From positions 58,404,001 through 58,468,000 of the forward strand of contig JAGIQG010000005.1 in assembly GCA_024679065.1 (NCBI GenBank): DNA of 64,000 nucleotides. Reading direction: 5' to 3'. The position numbers and the translations under genes are program-made. Below, one piece after another: positions 48,588 to 61,334 of this stretch; the first letter of the stretch is position 1; the number at the start of each line of letters is the position of its first letter. The DNA is from Sphyrna mokarran. Lineage: Eukaryota. The notes under the pieces are model-generated. The model had not been told where the DNA came from. It saw only the letters and a list, made by a program, of their open reading frames with translations, and did not search any database.

Positions 48588-49755
48588 AACATAGAAAATG
48601 AAAGTAGGATTAGGCCATTAGGCCTCTGAGCATGCTCCAACAATCATTATTACATTGCTTGATCCTGCTTCCCCCCCCACCCCCGCTCCATATCCCTTGA
48701 TCTCTTTAGCCCCAAGAACAATATCTAATTGCTTTTTGAAATCACACAATGTTCTCTTAACTACTTTTGGTTGTAGTGAATTCCACAGATTCACCACTCG
48801 CTGGGTGAAGAGATTTCTCCTCCTTCTACCCTAAAAGATTTATCCTTTATCCTCAAACTATGACCTCTAGTTCTGGACTCCCACATCATTGGGAACATTT
48901 TTTCTGAATCTACCCTGTCTAATCCTGACATAATTTCATAAGTTTCTATGAGATCCCCTCTCACTCTTCATAACCAACTTCATATGACAGTCCTGTCATC
49001 CCAGGAATCAGTCTCATAAACTTTCACTTCACATGGTTTGTTCTCACTGGAGCGACGGAGGTTGTGGGGCAAACTGATAGAAGTCTACAAGATTATGAGA
49101 GGCATGGACACGTTGGATAGTCAGAAGCTTGCTTCTGTATCAACATCCTTCCTCAGATTCCAAAACTGCACCCAATACTCCAGCTGTGGCCTCACCAATG
49201 CCATATATAATTGTAATAAAACGTCACTATTCCTATCCTTAAATCTCTCTCTAGAAAGGTGAACAAACTGTTTGCCTTCTTTACTGCTTGTTGTACTTGT
49301 ATATTGACTTTCACTGGCTGATGCACAAGGACAGAAGGCTCCACTGAGTATCCATCTCTCAATTTATACCCATTCAAATAATAATCTGCCTTTCCATTTT
49401 GCTATCAAAGTGGATAATCTCATATTTATCCATATCTACCATAGAGATGTCCACTCTCTCTGTCTGTCCAAATAGTCTGAGGCATTTTTGCATCTCCTCA
49501 CAGCTCACCTCCCACCCAACTTTGTATCATCTGTAAATTTGGAGAAATGCATTTTGTTCCCTCTTCCAAATCATTAATATATATTGTGAACAGATGTGCT
49601 TTTAGCAGAGATCACTATGGTAACCCACTAATCACTGCCTGCCAATTGGAAAAAGGTTCATTTATTCCAATTCTTTGCTTCCTTTCTGCTAACCAGCTTT
49701 CTACCCATCTCAAGACACTATCCGCAAACCCATGCTCTTTAAATTGACATAGTAA
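48588..49755 (-). mobile_element. Older CR1 LINE 3' part, containing a 100-bp inverted templated insertion
   Basis: SKFTDDTKLGG (~49540-49510), RPQLEYWVQFW (~49190-49160); tail at ~48590. Confidence 0.88.
49031..49130. repeat. Exact 100-bp inverted duplicate of 47399-47498
   Basis: Base-by-base reverse-complement identity; mismatches immediately outside both ends. Confidence 0.95.
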
Positions 49756-50814
49756 TCTGGATTACATAGTAAACATAGTTAACACAGTAAAATTTACATG
49801 GTAAATAATAGTATAGTTAATTAGCATCTGATTCACATTGTCATCACATTGTCTTTGGGAAGGAAAGAATTCATACCAAGCCATTGTAGTTTCTGGTTAC
49901 AGGGTTACTTAAGATATCACAAAACCTCACATTCCCAAAAGAGTCTGCAGGAATCTGAGCGAGAAAATGAAACAGGAGGTAGAGTCAGTCCTACATCCAA
50001 AGCAGAGATAATGTTGACTCTACTTTTGGCCATGCAGATATACTTTGCATGCAGATTGAGTTTGTGAAGATATGTGAGGGTGAAAGATTTGCGTAATTTT
50101 GACTAGGTGGTAGGCGTCTTTAGTGTGACCCTCACAGTGAAGTCTGCTTAGGAATTAGAAGTTAGCCAGCTGGGATAGGAAATGGAAGCAGACCATCAGA
50201 AACATCGAGGAACATCGTAAAGTATAACCATAGTAGGGGATTTTAGCTCACTTAAAAAGTTAAAGGAGGAAATGTCTCTATAGTTTACAGTATGATTTGT
50301 CTTTGAAATTAGCCTTTAACCAATATTGCTTTTAGCTTATTTCTTTGTGTAAAAATTTTCAAATGTGAAATCTTCTTATATGATCATTTCATCTGGTTAC
50401 TAGGCTCCAAATATCTTTTTAAATGTTATCAATCTTTACAGAGGTTTTAATGTCATACAATAGCTACCTAGTCATGCCAATTTTGTACCTCATCTATAAT
50501 CATTTCGGATTTCAGAATTCAGTTAATGTGCAACACTGCTTCCTGTTCAGTTGCCCGTGGAATGCTAGCACTGAGTGTAAAACAGAGTCACCCTCTTCTG
50601 CACTTCCAAGCAGCAGCACCTCTCTGAACTATGTTTCCACTTTCATGATTATTCAGAAATGTTTGTCTCTGAAAATAATTGTCCCACCACTGTAGGCTCT
50701 TAAATCCCAGAATCCTACCAGGAATGTGTTCAGCTATTTCTTCATCTAAATATTACAATTTTTTTTTGTGGGGCAAGAAAGATTTAGCCTGACGCTCACA
50801 ATTCCCATTAAAAT

Positions 50815-50866
50815 CTAAAATGAAAACAGAGAACATTGGAAAATCTCAGCAGGCCTGGCAGCATTT
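50815..50866 (-). mobile_element. Terminal fragment of a second Penelope-like family
   Basis: AAAACAGAGAACATTGGAAAATCTCAGCAGG, shared with 62240-62335. Confidence 0.45.
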
Positions 50867-52019
50867 ATATATATCTGTTCAAATTAAATAAATGTCTTCA
50901 CATTTATGACATCAACAGCTTTGGCTGATCAATAAACAGCATCATTTGGAGCTGTATTCAAATAGTTTGAACTACCTAGTGCTATCTCCGCTTTGAAAAG
51001 GAGATTGAAATGCTCAGAGATCTTTGTGGCTATATTTGTCCTTGGTTCCTGTTCACATGCACACGCAGTGACTTAAAGCGGAAAGAATCAAGTTCTGTCA
51101 CTGACACACTTATATGAAAAAATATTATTGAACAACTATATCCATTGTGTAAGCTACAAGATCTGATCGTTGTTTAGTCAAAAATTGAAGGGTGTTAGCT
51201 TGCTTCGGAAATACAGGCTCTGCATTTGTCAGCTATTCCCACAGAACAATGTTGCCTTATCTTTCTTGGAAAGAAGAAGATTTAAATGATATATAATGAA
51301 AAGAATAATAATTATTCTACGAAATGGCAACTGGGTTTTAAATTGCCCTTTCAAAGTGTTATTTCAGAGATCCAGTGAAGTAGCCACGTAGTCTCTCAGT
51401 ACCATCATAATCTGTCTGAAACATTCAGTGATATAGAATCTAAAGCACTTTGTATGATGAGGTGTTTGACATTTTCATTGCCCACAAACCAAAGGCAAGA
51501 TGAGAGTTAATACTTCCACAAAATGATACTGAGCTATCTGGACCAACATGTGATCATCTGGAATTCATTTGCACTAATATTTGTGTAATGAAAATAAACA
51601 GAGTATTGTGATCAATTTTAGCATTTTCCTTCATTTTCTGTCTTGAAATAGTTATGTAATGATGGTGACTGTTTATCTTATCATGAAACCAAATTGTCTG
51701 GAAGGAAGTCATTGTTTCTGAATGAGCTATGCTTCCTTAGCAATTCTTCTAAATGTAGGGATCATGCTAATTTTGATTCTAATTAGAATTAAAGCCATAG
51801 CTGCTGTTAATGAGATGAAAAGCATCATGTGATCCCATATCAAATTGGGCTTACTAATTGATAATTACAATATTGATGTTAATTATAAGTGTTTTCAATG
51901 AGTTGAACCAACTAATAGTTTATCCATTTTGAAATGACATCCTTTGTGACTATGACAAAGTAAATGTTTCCTCCTTGTCCATCTCGTTAAGGATGTATGC
52001 CATCCTTAACATATTTGAT

Positions 52020-53218
52020 AACACTACCTTCCTTCAATGCCTTGCCACTGTTGTCTGGCTGGGTGGAATTGTTCCATTCATGTCTATATAATCGTAGCCA
52101 GACAACAACTTCAATGGCTTCTCTTTATACCCCGGGACCATTAACTCTGGTGTCCCTCAAAGTGTCCTTATTCTTATCCCCCACCCTGCACAACCTCACA
52201 CTCACCCCCTGCTGCCACTTCCATTTCTCATCTACAATCTGCTCCTCAGCAATATATTCAAAAGCACGGTTTTAAGTTTTCGTATGTATACTAATGATGC
52301 CCAGCTCTGCCTCATTGCCAGCTCTCTCATCTCCTCCACTATTGCTAAGTTATCAGATTACTTATCCAACATCCAGTACTGGATAAGCAGAAGTTTATGC
52401 CAATGAAATATTTGGAAAATGGAAGCCACGATGTTTGGTTCGCACTCAAAACTCCATTCCCTAGCTACCTACTTTATCATTCACCCGGGCAACAGTCTAA
52501 GATAAAGCCAATCTGTTCACAACCTTGGTGTTACATCTGATCTTCAGATGAGCTTCCAACCTCGCAATCATGTCATCACAAAGATCATCTATTTCCATCT
52601 TCACTAAATTGCCTAACTTCACCCGTGCCCGTCTGTTGCTGAAATCCTCATTCATGTCTTTATTACTTCAAGACTCAACTATTTTGGTGCAACTCCTGAC
52701 TCCTATATTTCAATCATTGTAAATTAGAAATCATTCAAAACTTTGCTGCCAGTGCTGTAAGTTCCATTTCTCTATCGCCCCTACATTGTCTCTTGGTCAA
52801 CAACATTTGAATCTAAATTCTCATTTCTATTTATGAATTACTTATTAATTTTGCCCCTCTATATCTCTATAATCTCCTTCAGCCCACAACCCTCAGGGAT
52901 ATAGGCACTCCTCTAATTCTGGCCTTTTGCATGCATTCCCAATTAAACCTACTCCACCATGAAGGCCTTGCCTTCAGCTCCCTGGGCCTCAAGTTCTGGA
53001 ATTCCCACCCTACACTTTCCAGCTTCTTTACTTCACTTTCTTGTTTTAAGTTATTCCTTATAATTTATACACTTTTAGTCATTTGACCTCATGCTTCCTA
53101 TGTGGCTGTATTATATACTTAATTTAATAATACTCCTATGAGCTGCTATGAGATCTTTCATTCCACTAAAGGTGCTATATAAATGTAAGTTGTTATTGCT
53201 GTTGTAAGTTGTTATTGA
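52020..53218 (+). mobile_element. L2-type LINE 3' part
   Basis: SGVPQ (~52150), Y.NDAQL (decayed YADD, ~52290), NLGVT, IQNFAA; tail TAAAGGTGCTATATAAATGTAAGTTGTT. Confidence 0.82.
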
Positions 53219-53518
53219 GGTCGCACCGCAGCACAATGGTTAGCACTGCTACCTCACAGCGCTAGAGACCTGGATTCAATTCCTGGCTTGAGTCACTGTC
53301 TGAGTGGAGTCTGCACGTTCTCCCTGTGTCTGCATGGATTTTTTTCCAGGCATTCTAGTTTTCTCTCATACCTAATGATGTGCTGATTAGATGCATTGGC
53401 CATACTAAATTCTCCCTCAGTGTACCTGAACAGGCCCCAGAGTGTAGTGACTAGGTGATTTTCACAGTAACTTCATTGCAGTGTTAATGTAAGCCTACTT
53501 CTGACTAATAAATAAATT
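53219..53518 (+). mobile_element. HE1-like SINE, Rex1-like tail
   Basis: Head AATGGTTAGCACTGCT..GGATTCAATTCC; tail AACTTCATTGCAGTGTTAATGTAAGCCTAC..TAATAAATAAA. Confidence 0.9.
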
Positions 53519-54619
53519 GTATTATTGTAGGAGCAATCTTATGAATTGATTGACTTTTTCAAGACCAACATGGATGTTCCTGCTTTAATGGTTTGACTTA
53601 ATGGAATGATGTTAATAGTACGTTCAAAATGACCTGTCATTTCCAGCAACATCAATTTTCATGATAACTATTGTAAGTTAGACTGCAGTGAGCCCCAAAC
53701 TCTTAACAGTGGATTAACATCAAAACTTACAAAAAAGCTAACTGGACTATCCTGCAAATAGTGGAAAATCAAAAACAGCACAGCTAATGTTTCAGAGGAT
53801 GTATGTTCAAAATCTTTCAGAGTGACTTGCTCAAAGTTTGATCTTTGTTCATTCAATTCTTGTGTTGTTTATTTATTTTTACTCTCAATTACAGAATGCA
53901 AGCTTATTAAATTTGAGAAAATGCCCCTGGAAAATGAATTGGATTACATCAAATAAGATGATCGTTATAAGTCCAGGTCACATAAAGGCAGGTTATTGAA
54001 AATGTATAAAATTGAGATCATGGAAAATAAACTTGTTACTGGGGGTTAATGCAGAAATGATGAGAGAAAACAATTCGACTAAGTATCTGAAATTACAGAA
54101 ATATTTCTTGTGATTTTACAGTAATATTGACAGATCTCTACTGCTCAACTCTCTGAAAGTTAATTTTAGTACTTGGATTTACAGGTATAGTGATGCTCAT
54201 TGAAGCAAACCATTCGAGCTTGTGACATTTTGATTTCATTAAGCAGAAATAGCAGTAATGAATAATTTACATTTCAGATGAGGTGGCTGAAATGTTCCTC
54301 GCTGGTGACAACACAATGTCACCCTTGATCTCAGGAACTGAGAGCCGCCACAATGCTACAGTGGTGAAGGAGCTTGTGGACAGCATGAAGCTTCTTTTGA
54401 ATATTAACTGTCACATTCATTTTGCATTTTAAAACATGAGGGCATGTGGGTATGGTGCTGACACTGTTAAAGGGCAATACAAGATGTTATTGTTTATATG
54501 TGTACAGATGCATGCTCATTTATATTGGTTAACCCCATGAAGTTGTCAAATCTTTTCTAGCACTGTGTAGTCACACACAAAATGGTAGAAGTGATACTGT
54601 CAACTTTACCCACAATTGT

Positions 54620-54852
54620 TTTTATTCTTTTAATTTATTAATGGGACATGGGCATTTCATTTATTGCCCATCCCTACACGTCCTTAGATAGCAGTTGAGA
54701 GTCAACCATCTTGTTGTGGCTGGGAGTCACATGTAAGTCAGACAGGTAAGGAAGACAGATTTCCTTCCCTAAAGGACATTAGTGAACCAGATGGGTTTTT
54801 CTGGCAATCGACAATAGTTTCATGGTCATTAGCAGATTCTTACTTCCAGATG
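54620..54852 (-). mobile_element. SINE family B (tail and body)
   Basis: Tail CATTTATTGCCCATCCCTA; body CAGATTTCCTTCCCTAAAGGACATTAGTGAACCAGATGGG. Confidence 0.78.
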
Positions 54853-55581
54853 TGAACCCTCTTGCTATAATTCTGTAGTCTCCTGTCACAAGGAGATGTT
54901 ATCTTCTTGCCTCTATACTTCTGCCAAAAGGATGCCAGTGGAAGCAAGTGAGAATCACAAGGCTATTCTAAAAAATCGACTCCTGGATTCTGTGCTCCCA
55001 TATTTTTAAATGATCTGCCATGTCTAGCCACAACGGTATTTTATCCATTGCAGCTGCCCAGAGTCATCTCACCTTTCTGATGAAATTAGCCAGTCAAGAT
55101 TGAGAATACTGTTACAAGCGTAAAATTTTCTACTTGTCTCTGAAAAAATGAAACCATATTCTGGTAGTGTCACATGGTCACATGATCTGCCCCTGTGGCT
55201 TTGCCAGGAAGAAAAAAACCAGATCTTTTTTTAAGAGCATTTCCTACAAATTGTTCATTTACAAATCTATTTTGTTTGATGTTACCATTTATTTTTTCAA
55301 GTCTTGTTAGTTGAATTATTTTTCTTTGCATTGCTGGTATGGATACTTCTTGTCCTCTAATAGACAGTCCAGATGGTGAAGATTTTTTCAGTGTGTTTTG
55401 AGCTGTTTGTCTGCCCATTTGACTGGTACTTGGGAACGGTGGCAAAGATAACCAGTCGAACAGGTCAGAGAAAACAAAGGTGATGCACTTATCATGGTTA
55501 ATCTACCACTCAGGCCCCTGGAGGCTGCTGCAGAGTTTGTACCATACCAGATGGAGGTGATGACAAGGCTCTTAGGGTAAA

Positions 55582-55880
55582 TTGAATCCCTACAATCCCT
55601 CCTTGCAGAAGGAAGCCATTCAGCCTGTTGAACCTGCACAAACAACAATCCTATCCTGGCCCTAACCACATATTTTATCATGCTAAGAGGCAATTTAGCA
55701 CAGTCAATTAATTTAATCTGCACATTTCTGGAGTCTGCAAGGAAACCGGAACACCCAGAGGAAGCCCATGCAGACATAGGGAGAATGTACAAACTTGACA
55801 CTTGAAGCTATGTGAGGCCAGAATTGAACCCAGATCCCTGTTTCTGTGAGGCAGCAGTGCTAACCACTGTGCCACAGTGT
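55582..55880 (-). mobile_element. HE1-like SINE, CR1-type tail
   Basis: Tail GAATCCCTAC, core, head GGCAGCAGTGCTAACCACTGTGCCAC. Confidence 0.9.
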
Positions 55881-55906
55881 CACTTACAATATGTTGAAAT
55901 ATTTGT

Positions 55907-56188
55907 GGACAGCATGGCGACACCATGATTATCACCGCTGCCTCACAGCGCCAGGGACCTGGTTTCGATACCTGGCTGGAGTTGTTGTCTATGCGGAGTC
56001 TGCACTGTTCTTCTGGGTGCTCAGTTTTCATCCCACAGTCTGAAAGATGTGCTGGTTAGGTGCATTGGCCATGCTAAATTCTCCCTTAGCGTACCTTAAC
56101 AGCACCATAATATGATGACGAGGGGGGTTTCACATTAACTTCATTGCAGTGTTATTGTAAGCCTACTTACAATAATAAATAAATAAAA
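55907..56188 (+). mobile_element. HE1-like SINE, Rex1-like tail
   Basis: GCCTCACAGCGCCAGGGACCTGGTTTCGATACC; tail GTAAGCCTACTTACAATAATAAATAAAT. Confidence 0.88.
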
Positions 56189-56811
56189 TCCTGGAGTATT
56201 CTTTGTAATCCTGTGGAATTTGTGAGACTTGTCATGGGGTTATATTTTATGTGTGGGCAATCAGCCAGGAGTGGACAGGCCAATGTTAGTTAAAAGATTT
56301 CAAAGAGCAGGAAGAAAGTGGAGGAGGATGGGTACTATCTCCAGGGGGGGCCATTTGTCCTTTGGTGGGCAGATTCCCTATGGTTATACCCTCCTTTCCT
56401 TCCTACCTGCCTGCTCTCCAAACCCACATAACAAACTTTCTCACTCTCTTCCCTAAGCTGGCTAAAGTCTCTTACCCAGACCTACTTTACTCCATGATCC
56501 ATTGGTCCTTCTTTGTTAAGACCGGTTGTAGTCTTGGCCATGCCCACTACTGAGATCTTGACACTGTCAGGACAGCTGGAGCTACTAGCTGATTGGATAG
56601 GATGAAGTTTCTGAGGGCAGGACGTCCTTCTCAATAAGCAGTAGAAGTCATGCTGTCAGGCAACTTAGCCCAACCACAGCATGTTATGGCTGTGAAGTGG
56701 GCAGGCATGGAGAGAGTTTTTGCTCTGGGTATTGAGATATTATTGCCCCTCCCTCCCCCAAGCTCCATAATATATGGACCATGGAGTCAATTATAGTTTG
56801 TTTCAAACCAC

Positions 56812-56912
56812 AGGAAGAGATGGTGGCATAGTGGTATGCTCACTGGACTAGTAATCCAGAGACTCAAAGTAATGCTCTGGAAGCATGAGGTCAAATCCCC
56901 TCATGGCAGATG
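56812..56912 (+). mobile_element. SINE family B tRNA-like head
   Basis: GGTGGCATAGTGGTATGCTCACTGGACTAGTAATCCAGAG..GGTCAAATCCC. Confidence 0.75.
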
Positions 56913-56914
56913 TA

Positions 56915-58585
56915 TGTCTCTGGAAATAGGCTCAATAGTTTAGATAATGAACCTCACTTTCAATTCACCTTAAGCAAATTTTAATTGAACAACAGTTCTG
57001 TCATTTGCCCATTTGTAACAGGATGATAAGGAGCAGATCAGATATGTTAAATATCATTCTTCTTTAAATAGTTTGGGAACTATTGCAAAATGAACTATGG
57101 CCCATTGTCACTCACAAGTTATTCAGGATAATTAAATCTTCCAAAAATCTCATGCAGTCGTTCTATTGTTCTTTCCAAGGATATTGTCTTTATAATGGGT
57201 CTCTTGAGCGTGCATTGACAACAAAGAGAAACATAAACGTTTTGAATGGTTTGGCATGATCTACATGAACACTTTGCCATGATCCTTCTAGCTATTTCCA
57301 TGTCTTCTCCTTGATTTTGGAATCAAGCCCTGGTCACCAAACATGGCTTCTAGCTATGTCCTTCTTTCTTACTATACCACAGAGACCTTCCTATAGTAAA
57401 GTAAATAGTTACTTAATAAGAGCAGAATGGTGTCCTCGTTCCCCAGAGGACACAACTAGTTTGTACGGATAGTTTGAGGTTTTGGATGACATATGGCTTC
57501 AACTCCCATGGTCTTGCTACAAAGTACCATATTCATAAGTCCTGATAGTTGTGGATCATTTCTGGTATATTTCGTAACTTATTGTGTGGTTACAGAGTGT
57601 TACTTGCTCGAAGCAGAAAATGTTTCCATCTAACTGTTCATTGATGCCTTATTGGGTAAAGTTAATTGGGAGAGTCCATGAGTGTTTGAAGGAGATTTGA
57701 TGGTAAGATTTTATTGTGTGTGCTGACAACAGCAATGCCCATTGCTGCATCCAGCTCACTGCCAGAAATGGAATCTCAGTATGAGGTCCAAAGAGGTGGC
57801 ACGATGGCACAATGGTTAGCACTGCTGCCTCACGGCTTCAGGGACCTGGGTTCAATTCTTTCCTCAGGTGACTGTCAGTGTGAAGTTTGTAAATTCTCCC
57901 TGTATCTGTGTGGGTTTCCTCTGAAAGATTCGGTTTCTTCCCACAGTCCAAAGATGTGCAGGTTAGGTGAATTGGTCATGCTAAATTGCCCCTTAGTGTC
58001 AGGGGGACTAGTGGGGTAAATACTTGAGATTATAGGGATAGGACCTGGGTGGGATTGTTGTTGATGCAGGCCTAATAAGCCAAGTGGCCTCTGTCTGTAC
58101 TATAGGGATTCTATGATTACTGTTAATGGGTGATGATTTGTTAATAAAGTAACTGTCCTTCCAAAAAGGTATTGGTACAAATGTTTGATGCTGAAAATGA
58201 TCCTTAGAACTTTTCTCGATCTGTACATAGTTAATTTCTGCTTTGTTCAACGGTCTTGATGCAAAAGCTGTCAGCTTCTCTTAATCATTAAGCATTTTGT
58301 GAGAATCAACTGCTCCCATCCCATAAGGCAATGAGCCTCAAAGATAGATTCGGATCAAATTTTGTCAGGACTTCTGACTTCAGTAGCGCCTCTTTAACTT
58401 TCTTGCATTGATCCACTCAATTCCATTTCCTGTTTTGATACAGTAACTTGTGCAAAGGCTTAAGGATAATTGCTAGATTAGGAAAAAAACCTTCCATAAT
58501 AGCTTAATAAACCCAAAAAATAATGAAGCTGATTGATGCTTTCAAGTACAGTTGCCATAGTAATGGACGTTACTTATGAAGATCT
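56915..58585 (-). mobile_element. Decayed Ty3/Gypsy pol fragment (RT thumb-RNase H-integrase)
   Basis: FLGLLSYYGRF, AFASRPLNKAEINYVQIE, IFGRFNYPE.LVSDNGP, SAPYHPVTNG. Confidence 0.88.
57795..58118 (+). mobile_element. Full-length HE1-like SINE, CR1-type tail
   Basis: A-box TGGCACAATGG, B-box GGTTCAATTC, tail TAGGGATTCTATGATT. Confidence 0.92.
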
Positions 58586-58975
58586 TCAGAACTGCCAGGG
58601 CTAGAAGGGGCAATCCAGCTATGAAACACCCATCCTAAGGGACAGTACCGAGATCAATCCTTTACCCCCAAAAAGTGCCCAGCAAATTCCCAGGATCCTT
58701 GGGGGACCCTCCCTCAGCAGCCTCGCAGTATCAGGGGGGCATATGCCCACTGGACGTATTTCTTTGACCTCCCACTTCGCTGTCCAGCATAGCAGGTCCA
58801 CACTAGTCATTACCAACACCAAAATCCTCCCAGCGCATTTAACAGTATTACAATTAGCCAGTTTGCATAATTTTCACCAATTAGGCTGGAGGGGTAGATC
58901 AGGTGAATCCTGAATCATTGAGCCCTCCAATGGGAATCTGATCTTTGTCAGTGTGGCATCAGGATTCCCATGGGC
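58585..58975. mobile_element. Fragment of the Harbinger-like element at 35662-37020 (opposite orientation)
   Basis: CTTCAGA.CTGCCAG.GCTAGAAGGGGCA and CCACTGGAC blocks match the reverse complement of 36195-36385. Confidence 0.6.
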
Positions 58976-59349
58976 TGAGTGACAGAGCTGTCAAACACGA
59001 AGATACAAACAAACAAGATTTTAATTGGAAAGGTTTTTGCTCTACAGGTTGTTAGGATAGACTATCCGTTTGCCCACGCAAACAGCCAATGGTTTCATGT
59101 GATATCCCTTAAAGTGCTCTTGTTCTGACTGGGAGCAACATGAATACACAACGTCCTTGGATCTAATATATTGTAATTTCCCTTGTAAGCTGTGGTTTGG
59201 CCACCTTACTTCTAAGCCAGTCAGGAATAAATAATTGTTGCAATTCAGCCATGCTGTCTTTGAATGTTTGTCATTGCCTGTCTAACAAGAAACACTCCCT
59301 AATCCATCATCATCAATTCACACTTCGTATCATTGTAGTTTTCTTTATT

Positions 59350-59462
59350 TAGATCAGGACCCTAGCTTCAGAATCAACTATGTCACTCTCCACCTTGATG
59401 CAGGATTCTATCATATTATGGTTGCTTATTCCCAAGAGATCTTGCAAAACTAGATTGCAATT
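59350..59462 (-). mobile_element. CR1 endonuclease fragment
   Basis: LGNKQP/HNMIE region corresponding to the CR1 'LG.SDHNMIEF' motif. Confidence 0.5.
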
Positions 59463-59466
59463 TAAC

Positions 59467-61334
59467 ATGCAAGGTACAACATCAGGCATACCCAGAAATG
59501 AGGTGTCAATCTAGTGAAGCTGCAGCTCAGGATTATTTGCATGTCAAACAGCATATGCAGCAAGTGATGGGCACAGCTAAGCAATCCTACAACCAGCAGG
59601 TCAGTTCTAAGCTCTGTAGTCCAATCCTAAGCAGCTGTGGATGGTGACAGACCATTATACAACTCCCTATCCCCAGTGATGGAAGAGTCCAGCACATTTG
59701 CTACAATTATTAACTAGATGTGCCAACATATGATCAATCTCAACCTCCTCTGGAGATCCCCAGCATCACAGATGTTACTCTTTAGCCAATTGGAATCACT
59801 CCATGTGATATCATGAAATGGCACAAGGCACTAGGCAATTGGCTGTGACACTCTTCCAGCAAAAGTACTGAAGACTTGCTCTCTAGAGCTTGCTGCCTCC
59901 CTGCAACAAGCTAAGCTGTTCCAGTACAGTACAACACTAGCATCTACCCAGCAATATGGAAAATTCCCAGGTATGTACTGTGAATAAAATGCAGGGCAAA
60001 TCTCACCTGACCAATTATTGCCCCATTAGTCTATTCTCGACCATCAGTAAAGTGATGGATGGGGTCATCAAGAATGTGATCAAGCAGCACTTCCTCAGCA
60101 ATAATCAGCTCACTGTTGCACATTTTGAGGTCTTTCAGGATCATTCAGCCTTGGTTCAAACATGAACAAAAGAGTTGAACTCCAGAAGCGATATGAGAGT
60201 GACTGCCCTTGACATCAAGGCCCAATTTCACCAAGTATGGCATCAAACAACCCTATCAAAATTAAAGGTAATGGAAATCAAGGGGAAATCTCACTATTAG
60301 TTGGAGTTAGATGTAGTACAATTGTTGTGATTGATGGATATCAATCATCTTAGCAGCAGGACATCACTGTAGGAATTCCTCAAGGTAGAGTCAAGGCCTA
60401 ATCACATTCAGCTGCTTCATCAATGATCTTCCTTCCATCATTAGATCAGAAATGGGGATTGCCATTGATATACAATGTTCAGCACTTTTCACAATTCCTC
60501 CATCGCTGAAGCAGTCCATGTTTAACTGCAACAAGACTTGGGACAATATCCAGACTTGGGTTGACAAGTGGCAAGTAACATTCATGCCACACAAGTGCGA
60601 GCGATGACCATCTTGAAAAAGAGAGAATCTAACTTCGCCCATTGACATTCAATTGCTAAATTCCCCACTATCAACATCCTGGGTAGTACCATTGACCATT
60701 GCACTGGAATAGTCATATAAATAGCGTGGCTACACAAGCAAGTCAGAGACTAGGAATCCTGTAGTGGATGTCTCACCTCCTGACTCCCCGAAGGCTGTTC
60801 AAAATCTGCAAGGCACAAGTAACAAATGTGATGGAATATTTTCCCCTTACCTGGATGCGTGCAGTTCCAATAACACTCAAGAAATTTGATACCATCCAGA
60901 ATAAAGCAGCCTGCTTGATTGGCATATCTTCCACAAAAAGCCATTCACTCCATCACAATTGCACAGTGATAGCAGTCTGTATCATCCGCAAGATGATGTA
61001 CTGTAACAACTCCCTAAGGCTCCATGAACAGTACGTTTCAAGCCTGTAACCATACTACCTAGAAGGGCAAAGGCAGCAGATACATGGGAACACCACCATC
61101 TGCAACTTCCCCTCCAAGTTACATAACATATTGACTTGGAATTGTATTGGCATTCCAACATTGTCACTGGGTCGAAATTGCAGAACTCCCTCCCCACTGT
61201 GGGTTTTCCTACAGCACATGGATTGCAAAAGTTCTAGAAGGTTGCTCACCACCATGTTCTCTAAGGCAATTTAGGATGGACAATAAAAGCTGCCATAGCC
61301 AGTGACGTGCAACATGAACAAAAATTTTAAAAAT
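59467..61334 (+). mobile_element. CR1-group LINE family B, RT region to 3' tail
   Basis: TNYCPISLFSTISKVMDG, ALDIKAQFHQVWH, GIPQG, ICKAQVTNVMEY; tail GGCAATTTAGGATGGACAATAAAAGCTG. Confidence 0.88.

Noticed and set aside
53750-53822. Minus-strand CTGAAAGA...GAAAC hammerhead-like remnant
   Set aside because: Core spacing and stem II too degenerate to support a ribozyme call.
54270-54432. Acceptor followed by ~50 open codons (DEVAEMFLAG...)
   Set aside because: No recognisable homology or supporting upstream exons; not supportable from sequence alone.
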